Shown here piece after piece: positions 27,890 to 38,609 of a stretch of DNA of 64,000 nucleotides. The stretch is from NCBI GenBank assembly GCA_963693365.1, contig CAVNZM010000003.1, positions 3,667,106 to 3,731,105 of the forward strand, given 5' to 3'. The notes beneath the pieces were generated by a model that saw nothing but the letters and a program-made list of their open reading frames with translations, was not told the origin of the DNA and searched no databases. The number at the start of each line of letters is the position of its first letter. The stretch's first letter is position 1. A program made the position numbers and the translations under genes. This DNA comes from Amoebidium appalachense (lineage: Eukaryota > Protista > Ichthyosporea).

Positions 27890-28518
27890 AGTGTCGTGTA
27901 TGATGGGTAACTAGTCTATGTGTTTTGTGCACTGGAAACGACAGTAGAAAAGTGTAAATCAAACGTTCTGCTTCCCATGTTTGTGACATGGGAGGCACTG
28001 CTTTATATAGTCGTTGGCCACCTCATGGTGGCCTCGTGTGCACCCTGGTGGTGGGCCATGTACAGCATGGCCGAAAAGAGAGCACAATGAAAACAAGTCG
28101 TTAAAGATATAAAAGTTAACTGTGCACGTTGAGTGGCTAGTTAACTTGCACTAAAGCACACAAATAAACGTGTTTAACACACCAATTGCAGTTAAACGTA
28201 AATCTTGCTTCACACAACTAAAAATATTCTGAGAATATCCGGGAATAAAGCACACTACCACTCTAAGAATAGAATCCTGTGGCAAATATAGACATGACAT
28301 CATCTGAACCGGGAATATTAATTAATGAGCACAATTAGCACGTTGCTAGTGAAGCTCGTCATTGGTACAGTTTTGGCTCAAACATATAACTACCATATAT
28401 GAATATGACCGTAAACAAAAGCTCTATGCACTCGAGTGAGTGTTGAAACAGTTATTCAATTGCTCAGAAACTTTCTCTAACAGACATTGCTAGCCGGGAG
28501 TACCAGTGTACTCCAACA
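27754..28518 (-). repeat. 5' LTR of the copia element (contains a TATA box and the gag start codon)
   Basis: Direct repeat of 22640-23404; CTATATAAAG on the minus strand near 28001-28010; ATG at 27889. Confidence 0.96.
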
Positions 28519-28895
28519 GGGGGGGGGGGAGGGGGGGGGGGATACACGGCAAAGCACTTTTTAGAAGACCTCTATGTCATCTTTAACAAATTTTATTTCG
28601 GCCAGTGTTTGGCGGGGACACTTCTTGGCCCGTAAGTTTATCTGCCTGTCGCTTGGTACACAACATATGGCATGAAATGTCAAACAAACACACATTTCTT
28701 ATGTGTTTTGAAGAAGTCACCTATGATACAGTTGGGCCAGCACAATATATGGCCAAGCATGTCACTTGGGTGGCATTGTGTACATCACACCAGATAGAAG
28801 TACACCAAAAAGGTTTTTTGGAATAAGGAATATGCCTTCAAAAAAATACCGAAACCCAAACCAAAATTACATATCAACACACTCACTGCAGCGGT

Positions 28896-30242
28896 CTACA
28901 TCATAGGCAAACCGTTCGAAAAACGACCGCGGTCCTCCTCCTTCATAGTACCAATAGGGACGGTGGGGGGAGGGAAGGTAACGGGCACATCAGGGGGAAG
29001 GGGGTCGACCACGCCCGTAGGGAGAAGCACGCGACTTTTGTAGTTGAGATTGTTAACTGCAGCACGGCACAGAGAAACAATCGGAATTCCCTTCCCATCT
29101 TTTCCGTTGTATCCGTCGGCGCCGCTGTACCACGAATCTGACTGAGGCTGGTATCCCTTTGTTGAGGGAGCGCCAGAGTATGAGGATTCACTTGGCGAAG
29201 GTTCCGAATAATCACTAGATGTGTTGTCCTTTTTGTTGTCCATGTGCATGTCTTTTTCATTTTCCTTTCCGTCGACATTAGTAAAGTTTTCATCATCGGG
29301 GGGAGTCAGAATCGTGCCGCCGACGGTCATCGCCTGAGCGTTGCGTATGGTGGTGACAATCCAATCCACAAACGCAGGAACAAACGTGTAAACAGTGTCG
29401 CGGAGCCGGTTGGGAGGGTCACGCGCACACACGTTCACCGCCGCGTACGACACAAGACCAACCTGGCATGGACGGTCTACAGGCCTATCACCCAAACGGT
29501 CCGTCCCCTCGTTGAAAAGAGCCCCGCCGGAATCCCCCTTGCACGTGCTCACATCCACACCACCGGCACAAATTTTCAGCGTGGGGTCTATAGTGGGGTC
29601 ATTGTTCAACGCACGGCACGTAGCCGCGTCGATTGCAGCAAACAGCGCGTGGTTAAGGTGGGTAGGGCGGTCGAGCGGGACCCCCGTGTTTGTCTCGGCG
29701 AGATTTCCCCACCCGTACACCTCAAAGCCCGTGCGTGTGGACTCCTCCGGTGTGTTCCACTCAGGGAAGGGCCCTGCGTGAAGACGCATGTAAGACCCCT
29801 CGGGAAGGAAAACGGGGGCGTTGAGGCGGACAAGGGCGATGTCTCCAAACGAGACGACGTTTCCGGGCTGGTAGGTGGGGTGGATGATAAACTGGGTCGC
29901 CTGACGAACGTGGAACTGAACGGGGCGAGGGAGGTCCAACCCACCTATCGCAATGGTGTGGCCCGGCTGGACGGTGCAGTGTGCGGCGGTAAGAACCCAT
30001 TCGGGGTTAATAAGTGCACCCCCGCAGTAGTGACCGTGGTGGGAGAGGGCGGCATTTGCGGGATCTTGTATGCTCACCATCCAAGGACGGGCGCGGCCTG
30101 CCTGTGCACCGTTGAGAATGCGGCCATCTGGGTTGGCGGTGGTGTTGAGGGAGAAGGGGAGCCACGCGGCACCGCGGGCGGGGTTGATGGCGGCAGCAAC
30201 CACAAGGGCTGAGGAGAGAAGAGAGGTCTTTGTGCTCACCAT
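28896..30242 (-). CDS. Secreted S1A (chymotrypsin/trypsin family) serine protease, 448 aa, intronless CDS
   Basis: Signal peptide MVSTKTSLLSSALVVAAAINPARG, activation site DGR|ILNG, CGGALINPEWVLTAAHC (His57), DIALVRL (Asp102), CKGDSGG (Ser195). TATAAAT on the minus strand at 30448-30454 and a likely 5'UTR intron ending just before the ATG. Confidence 0.93.
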   Translation of the reverse strand: MVSTKTSLLSSALVVAAAINPARGAAWLPFSLNTTANPDGRILNGAQAGRARPWMVSIQDPANAALSHHGHYCGGALINPEWVLTAAHCTVQPGHTIAIGGLDLPRPVQFHVRQATQFIIHPTYQPGNVVSFGDIALVRLNAPVFLPEGSYMRLHAGPFPEWNTPEESTRTGFEVYGWGNLAETNTGVPLDRPTHLNHALFAAIDAATCRALNNDPTIDPTLKICAGGVDVSTCKGDSGGALFNEGTDRLGDRPVDRPCQVGLVSYAAVNVCARDPPNRLRDTVYTFVPAFVDWIVTTIRNAQAMTVGGTILTPPDDENFTNVDGKENEKDMHMDNKKDNTSSDYSEPSPSESSYSGAPSTKGYQPQSDSWYSGADGYNGKDGKGIPIVSLCRAAVNNLNYKSRVLLPTGVVDPLPPDVPVTFPPPTVPIGTMKEEDRGRFSNGLPMM

Positions 30243-30934
30243 GTTGATGCTGTTGAAACGAAGCACAGGAAACTAAAAAAAAAAAAGTAGGAATATCGTT
30301 ATAGTGACAGTAGACCGACTACATATGCAGGCCAAGATTGTCCGTACGAACTCGCGGCTGCGTTTGTGCACGTGCAACTGGTAAGTGATGGCTGCTGCTG
30401 CTGCAGGCTACTGGCGCTGTGAAGAGAAATGCAGCCCCAGTGGGGGTATTTATATGCAGAGGGGTGCCACTGAGGCCTATAATAGCCGCTAGGGTAGTGT
30501 GCGCGTCCGAGAGCTGTGAGGAATGCATATGTGGCACTGGTGGCACATGTGCCAAGATGCATGCCACGTTTTCGGCTGGCGTTTCGTAAAACAGCTGGGT
30601 GAGTTTCATACACACACATGTTACACACAGACACATCCAGCGAGTGCTTTTTGCAGCAAAATGATCTAGTGTCACGAGTAGCACGCCGTGAGTTTGGGTG
30701 CAGTTTGGTTTCGCCACTGATAGACCATGCGGCCACCGATAGTGGAGAGCAAACTTCACCGAGTTAACGTACAGTTCTAAATGCTGCGTGAACCACACAC
30801 ATACAGTAGCCAAAAAGAAAACAATGTGTTCATGCGAGCCATACTGTTCCTTCCACAGAGTACACATGTGGTCACGGCATTCGAAGATGCATGTGGTGTG
30901 AGTGGAGGGCAGAGGCGAGAGAGAGAGACGGGGG

Positions 30935-30967
<33 letters not shown>

Positions 30968-30990
30968 CGGCCGGGGGATCAGATGATCTC

Positions 30991-31089
30991 TGACGTCACA
31001 AAAATGCAAACTCAGCATCAATCTGGTTGGTGATTGGCCCAAATGTTCGCGCCAAATCCCCCGCACAGTCGCCGTAATCGGGTTTCAAA
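30991..31089 (+). promoter_or_regulatory. Promoter-like motif cluster: CRE, CCAAT, E2F, CHR
   Basis: TGACGTCA 30991-30998; GATTGG 31032-31037; TTCGCGCCAAA 31046-31056 (reverse complement TTTGGCGCGAA); TTTCAAA 31083-31089. Immediately followed by an ATG and a GTAAGT donor. Confidence 0.55.
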
Positions 31090-31320
31090 TGGCATGTGAG
31101 CTAGTCTCCAAGGCTATGTACCCACTGGTTTACGTAAGTGGCTGAGCACTACTGCGCCGCGGTGTCTCCTGCGGCAACATACTTGAGCCGGGCCGCAGGG
31201 AGACAGCACTCAAAGTGACTAATGTGAGCGGGTTCACTTTGTGCGAGTGAACTGACAGGCTGACAGGTGCGACAATGAGCTCAACCTTTCGGGGGGCATG
31301 CGCACGTGCCAGATTTATGG
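31089..31320 (+). other. Highly structured sequence: candidate ncRNA, or first exon plus hairpin-rich first intron of an unannotated gene
   Basis: Nested complementary segments with G-U pairs favouring the plus strand. Also ATG...TAC|GTAAGT (31089-31139), a branch-point-like GACTAAT at 31217 and CAG acceptors ending at 31258 and 31266. Confidence 0.4.
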
Positions 31321-31688
31321 CTGTGGTGCATAAGGTTCATGTGTCATGTAGCACAATGTGATGTGACCGCGCTATCAAGCGACATAAATGTAACTACAAT
31401 CGCGCTGGATAATAACCGGAAGGAGGCCTTGGGGGAAAAAAATGACCCGTGTAGACTCCGGGATATTTTGATGAAGCGTCAGCGTTATCACACACTGCAC
31501 CATGGTACAGGTAGTTTTTTTTTTTTGTTTGTTTGTGGTGGTGGGGGGGGGGGGAGGGGGGGGGGGGGGGGGGGGGTAGGCGAGGGCCACGGTAAGTCAC
31601 GGTCCGACCACACAAGTTATCCGAGCACATGCAACCCCCTGCTCCCCGGGATATTAGATCCCGGGCACCTCAGCTGCAGTGCACTATG

Positions 31689-32470
31689 TTTTTTATTTTT
31701 ATTTTTTATTTTATCCCGTTTCACTCCCGGCGAGGCACTGCCTCCAGGGGTTGCCTGGGTTTGGCGCTCTTAATCGTATTTAGTCAAATTCCGAGTATTT
31801 TAACACCCTTCAGGGTCGTATTCACTAATTGGATGCCCCTTTTAATCGTATTGCGGGGTTTCCTAAATCGTATTTTGGGCCAATACGATGCGTAAGGCAA
31901 ACCCTGACTGCCTCAGGGGAGCTTAGCGTCTTCCGCCTAGACACAGGTCGTACTGTGTATTAGCACACACTCACAAGTCAGGATTCTAATGCCCCAACCG
32001 GCACTATTTTTAGTTACGCCTTATCCCATGGTTCTAGCCGCAGCAATGCTAGTGGGGAATTGAGCACAGCTCACAATAACAACACCAGCCGGAAGAGACC
32101 CGGGACACATACACAAACATAAAGACTTGAAAGGGAAGACCCCATGCCCAGGACGCTGACCCGAACCGTGGCCGGTGACTCGGATTGGCCTCCCACTTGA
32201 ACGTTGGGCCGGGAGGCCCGGGATGCCCAAGCAGCGCGCCGTCGACGTCAGAGGGCCGGTGCTGTTCATGACGTCATGTCTTGCGGCCGGATGATAACAA
32301 AATGGTGGTGGTGCTTGACGTGGTCTGGGGTGATGGCTTCTAGGGGGCGGCCAGACCGGTGGACCGGCGAGGCAGAACAAACTTTGAAATCGGAAGTAAC
32401 CTGGCTCGATCCTGTGACTTTGAGCTTGACACGCAGAGATCTTACCATTGCACCAACCCGCGCGCCCCCC
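31689..32470 (-). mobile_element. tRNA-derived SINE (copy 1) carrying a MITE insertion
   Basis: 15-bp TSD CTGCAGTGCACTATG (31674-31688 and 32471-32485). Head has A box TGGTGCAATGG, B-box-like GGATCGAGCC and a GTC anticodon-like loop. Tail is A-rich (TAAAA)n. A homologous copy lies at 44954-45570. Confidence 0.88.
31745..31906. mobile_element. hAT-type MITE (162 bp)
   Basis: 8-bp TSD ACTGCCTC (31737-31744 and 31907-31914); TIR CAGGGGTTGCCT vs CAGGGTTTGCCT (11/12); repeated subterminal AATCGTATT motifs; absent from SINE copy 2. Confidence 0.9.
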
Positions 32471-33300
32471 CTGCAGTGCACTATGGGCACTGCGTTATTA
32501 AATATTATGATCAGACGTGGTCCGTACAGAGCCGCTCAGGCCTCTCCCCACTCCACCAGCTAATTATAACCATTGCAAGTTCATGCGCTGGGTCCCCGGG
32601 CCAACACTCACCACCACCGTTCACCATCACCACCCCACGTATACTCCCCTTTCCGTTTGTTGTCTGGGGGGAGGGGGGAAAGGCCGGGGAAGGGGGGGTC
32701 GGGAAGGAGGGGCGGGGAAAGGGGGGGGGGGGGGGGGGGGGGAGGGAGGAGGGAGTTTAAGCAAAAGAGCTTCAAGATTTGGCAAGACGTGCTGCAACAT
32801 GTTTGTACGCTTCCACAAGGGGCCAAGTGAAGATTTTTTTCCTCATCCAAGAGTATTGCAAACTCCGATGCTGATAAGCACTACAGTGCCAGTGTGATCC
32901 ATTATCGGCGTTGAATTTACATAATCACCCAGCTGATGGTTTACACGGTCTATATATTGAGAAACGGTGGGAGCACTGCCCCTTGTGTGCGTGTGTGGCT
33001 TACTGCGTGTTCCAGCACGGCTGATGCTACCATTTATAGCAAGTCGAACAGATTCTGGTGTTCACGCGTCCTTCATTACAAATGCATCCATATATGCTGA
33101 TGGTATTTCATAATACGAAAAATTCTACATTCTCAAGAGAGTGCACTATACCAACAATAATGCACTATACCAACAAAGTCCATTCTCACAATGGTGGGGA
33201 GCTGTATATACAAAGTTACTATCTCTTTCTGTACACCGATCTATAACCCCCCCCCCCCCCTCTCCTCCCCCCCCCCCCCCCCCCTTCTTCTCTCTCTCTC

Positions 33301-33338
<38 letters not shown>

Positions 33339-33459
33339 TCCTCTTCACCAATTAGCCAACATCCAGCCCGTATTAGCCGTGGACATTCCCCCCCCTCAAA
33401 AAAACGAGAAAAAAAACCTTTGGCTTTTCTCTGTGCATTCACCACTTCATTCGCTGGGC

Positions 33460-33817
33460 CTACTTAAAGGGCATAGGTTTGTAGCTTGGTGGCATTTTCA
33501 GCTTGTACTTTGCAAACGGGTTGACTTTAGGTGTGTCGTCCTTGGGCAGGGGGGCGGGCTTTACCTCGGTGGTCTTTAAGCAGCTGTGGCGTGGAGGCAG
33601 TTTATTGGTTAGCTAGGATGATAACAAAAGTCACCTTTTTTCATCCGCCCCCTGCCCTCCCGTCATATACATGTCACGACACACATTTAACACGCACACA
33701 TGCCCATGTACATGCACACGCGCACACATGCGCAGGCAGGCAGGCAGGCAGGCACACACACATACACACGCTATCTCTCTTATCTCTCTGCTCCCGCCCC
33801 TCCCTCCCTCCCTCCCT

Positions 33818-33874
<57 letters not shown>

Positions 33875-34305
33875 TCAAACATTTTAAAATTTATAGAGAA
33901 GAAAAGAAAGGGGGAAAAAAAAGCAGAGGCAACGGGGAAAAAGAGGTGGGGAGGAGGGGGAGGGCGAAGGAGGATAGGATGGGGGGAGGGGAGAAAGGGA
34001 GAAAGAAAGAAAGAGAACAAGAAAGGCTGCAGGAGAGAAAAAGAACAGATATCATTTCGTGCTATGCATAATGCGAGTCACCCACACATGCACCCCTGAT
34101 AACTGCACGTACAAACAAGCACACCGGAGAGGTACACAGGCAAAAAAAAGAAGGGAATGGGCCCCAAAGGGGGCATGCGAAGGAGAAGCGGCAGAGAAGG
34201 AGAAGCATGGTGCAAGGAGAGTGTGTAGAACTTGTGGGGCCCGGGGGGGGGGGGGGGGGAGGGGAGGGAGTGAGGGGGGGGGGAGGGGGGTGGAAGGGGA
34301 GGAGG

Positions 34306-34367
<62 letters not shown>

Positions 34368-35326
34368 GGGGGGGGGTGAGGGGGAGAGTGAGATTCCACA
34401 CCACACTCCACATACTCATGCTGCCACCAAACACCTAACCACAGCAACCCACCCGCAAGCCACGCACACTCATCCGTATCATGCATGCACACCCAACCAG
34501 CCCTTACCGCACTTATTCTTGCTCACGGGAAAGACAGAACACATGGGGAAGGGAGGGGAAAGAGAGAGCGAAACAGACACTGAGGGGAGGGAGAGGGAGA
34601 GAGAGTGAAAGAGGGGGGGTGGGGGGGGGGGGAGTGAGAGAAGGTGGGGGGGGGGGGGGGGGGGGGGGGGAGGGGGAGAAAGAAGAGGGAAGGGGAAAGA
34701 GGGGTGTCTAGAGAGAGAAAGAGGGAGAGAGGGGTGGGGGCAGAGGGACGGGAAGAGAGAGATATTGAGAAAATGAGGGTGAGACGGGGGGGGGGGGGGG
34801 GAGGAGGGGAGAGAGAGAGAGAGAGAGAGTGTGTGTGTGTGTCTGTGACGGAGGAGGTAGGGAAAACTTCACCTTCTATGCATAGCAGCTGCCCCTTCTG
34901 TGTTGGTGACATCAATCAACCAATCAAAATCCACAGATGACTCTTCCTTCTCAACCTTCTCATGATCGCGATCGATCTCCAAATTTTCCGATTGCGTTGG
35001 CCCTGCACCTTCCGATCGGTTAGGTGCTGCGATTTGATTGGATGTTTGCGATGCTGACTCTGACGTTTGATTGGTCGCAGTGGAAGTTGGGCGGTATGGT
35101 TGGTATGTGCGCGCGTCAACGATGCCCGTACGTGACTTCTTGCGCGGTTGGCGGGTGAACGGTGGAAGGGGCTTGGTCTCTGGTGGAGCTATGTGTGTGT
35201 GTGTATATATGTGAGTGAGTGAGGGGGGGACGGGGGAAGGGGGAGGGGGGGGGAACGGGAGAGAGAGTGGGGGGGGGGGGGGGGGGGGGGATGATAGGGA
35301 AAGGGGGAGGAGATAGAGAGTGTGTG

Positions 35327-35399
<73 letters not shown>

Positions 35400-35401
35400 G
35401 T

Positions 35402-35468
<67 letters not shown>

Positions 35469-35818
35469 TGAGTGTGTGTGTGTGCGCGCGCGTGTGTGTG
35501 ACTGACAGACTGAGTAAGTGAATGCGAATGTGTGCATGCGTGTGTGAGCGCGTATGTGTGATGTGTTCTTGGTGTAGAAAAAGCGTAGATATCATGGGGG
35601 CAAGAGCTGTTTTGTGTGTGTGTGTGTGCATGAGTGTCTGTGGTGGGGGGGGGGGGGGGGGGGGGGGGGGGGGTGGCAAACACGGTGCCCAGTGGAAGGG
35701 AGGACGGGAGAGAGAGGGGGGGGGGGGGGGGGGGGGGGAGGGGGTCAAACAAAAGCATGTGAACGCATGTGCATGGGTATTCACGCCACTTACACGTGCC
35801 GATGTGTGCTCGATAAAG

Positions 35819-35885
<67 letters not shown>

Positions 35886-36423
35886 GGGGGGAGGGGGGGG
35901 AAGGTTCCAGTGAAACACATACCCGCCTCCTCTTCTACCATTGGTTCCATATCAGTCTTCCTAATTAGACTTTCAGCCACCCTGGAATCCACCCTCTCAT
36001 ATCTCACCACAGCCGCAGGAACGCGTGCCCCGTCGGATCTCAACCTCTCGATCTGCGCATAATCGGAGAGATTTGCGATTGAAAATGTCGGAGGCTGTAG
36101 GGGGGTTGTGTCTAGGCCACATATGCAGAGAGAGGTGGCAGATTCCAGAGCCGATTCTATGCCATCTGCCGAATTCGGAGGTTGGGGGGGAACGATAGGA
36201 GGGATGGTGCGTGGCCTGCAGAAAAACGGGGTGGGATGGTGTGAGTGGTGGTGGTGTGTATATGGGGGGGGGGAGGGGGGGAGGGAGAGGGGGTTGGGGG
36301 GGGGGGGGGAGGGGGGGGGGATGTGCGTGTGTGAGTGTGAGTGTGAGCGTGAGCGTGAGCGTGAATGTGAGTGTGATTGTGAGTGAGCGAGTGTGTGTGT
36401 GTGTGGGCACGCACGTGGTGATG

Positions 36424-36469
<46 letters not shown>

Positions 36470-37067
36470 TGGTAGTGGTTTGTGTGTCTCGGGGGGGGGG
36501 GGGGGGGGGGGGGGGGGGAGGGCTGCGTGTGTGTGGGTGTGTGGGTGTGGTCGTGGTCTGTGTTTATTTGTGTGTGTGTGGAGGGCGGGGGGGGGGGGGG
36601 GGGGGGGGGGGGGGTGGGGGGGGTGCATGTGTGTGTATGTGTGTGTATGTTTGTGTGCAAGCATATTTGGGGGCTTCTTTTTTTGTATATGTGCGCAGCG
36701 AGTGTGCGTAAGGATGTGATTATGAGTGTGAGCGAGAGAGAGAGTGGTGTGTGGATCTGCATGTGCATGAGTACGTGTATGTGTTGCGAAGGAGTGAGGG
36801 AGGGAAGGAGCACATTCGGAGGGAGGGAAGGGGGGGAGGGGGGGGGGGGGGGGGGAGGGGGGGATTGGTATCCGACCTTTCTGGCAGCCAAACATAGGCA
36901 GGAAGCATGTGGGCACTCTGCAGAGCCCAGTCATGTCGGCTGGAGAGAGCGGTACTTTGGTGGTTGGGGTAGGAAACAATAACGGCTTCTAGGTGGGGGA
37001 AGAGGGTGGGCTGCCACAGAAGCCAGGGGTTGGAAATGTTCGTGTGGCTGATGTCCAGACCCTGTAC

Positions 37068-37118
<51 letters not shown>

Positions 37119-37196
37119 GTTCCCAAGCACGTACACACCAACAGACAGTGCATGGGTGTGCGTGTGGAAGAGGAAGGTTTGTATGTGTGTGTGTGT

Positions 37197-37228
<32 letters not shown>

Positions 37229-37756
37229 GGGGGGAAGACTAGGTGAGTGAAAGAGCGTGAGTGTGTCTGTTGGCTACTAATTGTCTGTCGGTGTTTGGGC
37301 ATGCGCTGGAGAGATTTGTGTGTGCACACTAGTATACATTTTGGGGACGTGAGAATGTGTTTTGTTATTAAGGGCAGTACAGAGAAGGGGGGAGGGGGGG
37401 GGGGGGGGGGGGAGGGCGGGAGGAAGGGGGGATCTGTATTCATCCTTACTTCAGTTTCTATCTAATTTTTTCCGTCCATAACTTCTATTCTTCTCTTTTC
37501 GTATTCTTTTGTTGTCCTTTTCCTTAGTTCTGCGGGCAGGCGGGCGGGCGGGCGGGCGGGCGGGCGGGGGGGGGGGGGGGGGGGGGGGGAAGAAGTGCAG
37601 TTAAGGGACAAAGGGGGGTCCTTTCCACGAATTTATCCCGTCTCTAAGTTTTTCGATTTCATTTTTACTTTTTCCTCTGTCACACACACTCTCTCGTTAC
37701 CTTTTCTTCGACTTTTCTGTTCTTTTCTTTGCTTTTCCTTTTTTTTTTTTTTTTTT

Positions 37757-37806
<50 letters not shown>

Positions 37807-38001
37807 TTGCTAGGAGAGAAAGAGGTGTGATTTTGAGAAAGAGAGGGGTTTTTTCCCAACAAGAAACCTCACCTTCAGGTTTTTCAGACATGCTCCCCTA
37901 GCCCTCTGAGCGTACTGCAAGGGCTTTATGAGTGTCTGTAGCCCATCCCTGTTGATGGCATTGTGGGACAGATCAAGATACCTGCACATGTACTTGCGTC
38001 A

Positions 38002-38046
<45 letters not shown>

Positions 38047-38539
38047 ACTTTTTTATGTGCATACGTACATACCTAACCCTCGCGTATGCATGCACACCCA
38101 CACCCACACACAGGGGGGGGGGGGGGGGGGGGGGGAGGGAGAGAGCGCTCCCCGACTCCCCCATCATCACCATCCAGTCAGAGAGAGTTACTTGAAAGGT
38201 ACAGCAGAGTTCACCTCTCCCTCTCCCTCTCTTATCCGCCCCTCCCTTTCCCCCCCCCCCCCACCCCCTTCTCCCACCACCCACCCACCCACCCACCCAT
38301 CCCCACCCCCCCCGGGGGCAAAGGTGGGAAGAAGTTGTCCTTGGCGTAAAAGCCAATCTATATTCTTGTTGCGTGCAACAGTCTTTTGGGGAATAGCCTC
38401 TCTGCTAAGGAAGCGGAAACCTTAAAGAGGAAATTGAGAACGGGGGGGGGGGGGGGGGGGGGGGAGGGGGGGGGAGGGGGGGGGGGAGGTGGTGGGAGAT
38501 AGTAGCTTCAATCGTGCTAGGTGTGAGATAACGTGCATT

Positions 38540-38609
<70 letters not shown>

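Larger units (their letters stand above)
22640..28518 (-). mobile_element. Full-length Ty1/copia LTR retrotransposon (hemivirus-type PBS)
   Basis: Two 765-bp LTRs (22640-23404 and 27754-28518), identical by eye, with TGTTGGA...TCCAACA inverted ends. PBS GGGTTATGGGCCC follows the 5' LTR and PPT TGAGTAGGGG precedes the 3' LTR. Both flanks are G runs (GGGGG TSD). Domain order is gag-PR-IN-RT-RH. Confidence 0.97.

Noticed and set aside
31252-31267. CTGACAGGCTGACAGG direct repeat as a telomerase template
   Set aside because: It would encode a non-G-rich repeat; tandem splice acceptors or chance are simpler explanations.
31098-31285. SRP RNA (Alu-like two hairpins with TGTA, and CAGG...AGC)
   Set aside because: The helix-8 stem does not pair, there is no long helix 5, and there is no Pol III terminator.
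32398-32465. Functional tRNA-Asp gene (also near 45490-45565)
   Set aside because: No proper acceptor stem, degenerate arms, and it is embedded in a TSD-flanked poly-A-tailed element, so it is a SINE head.
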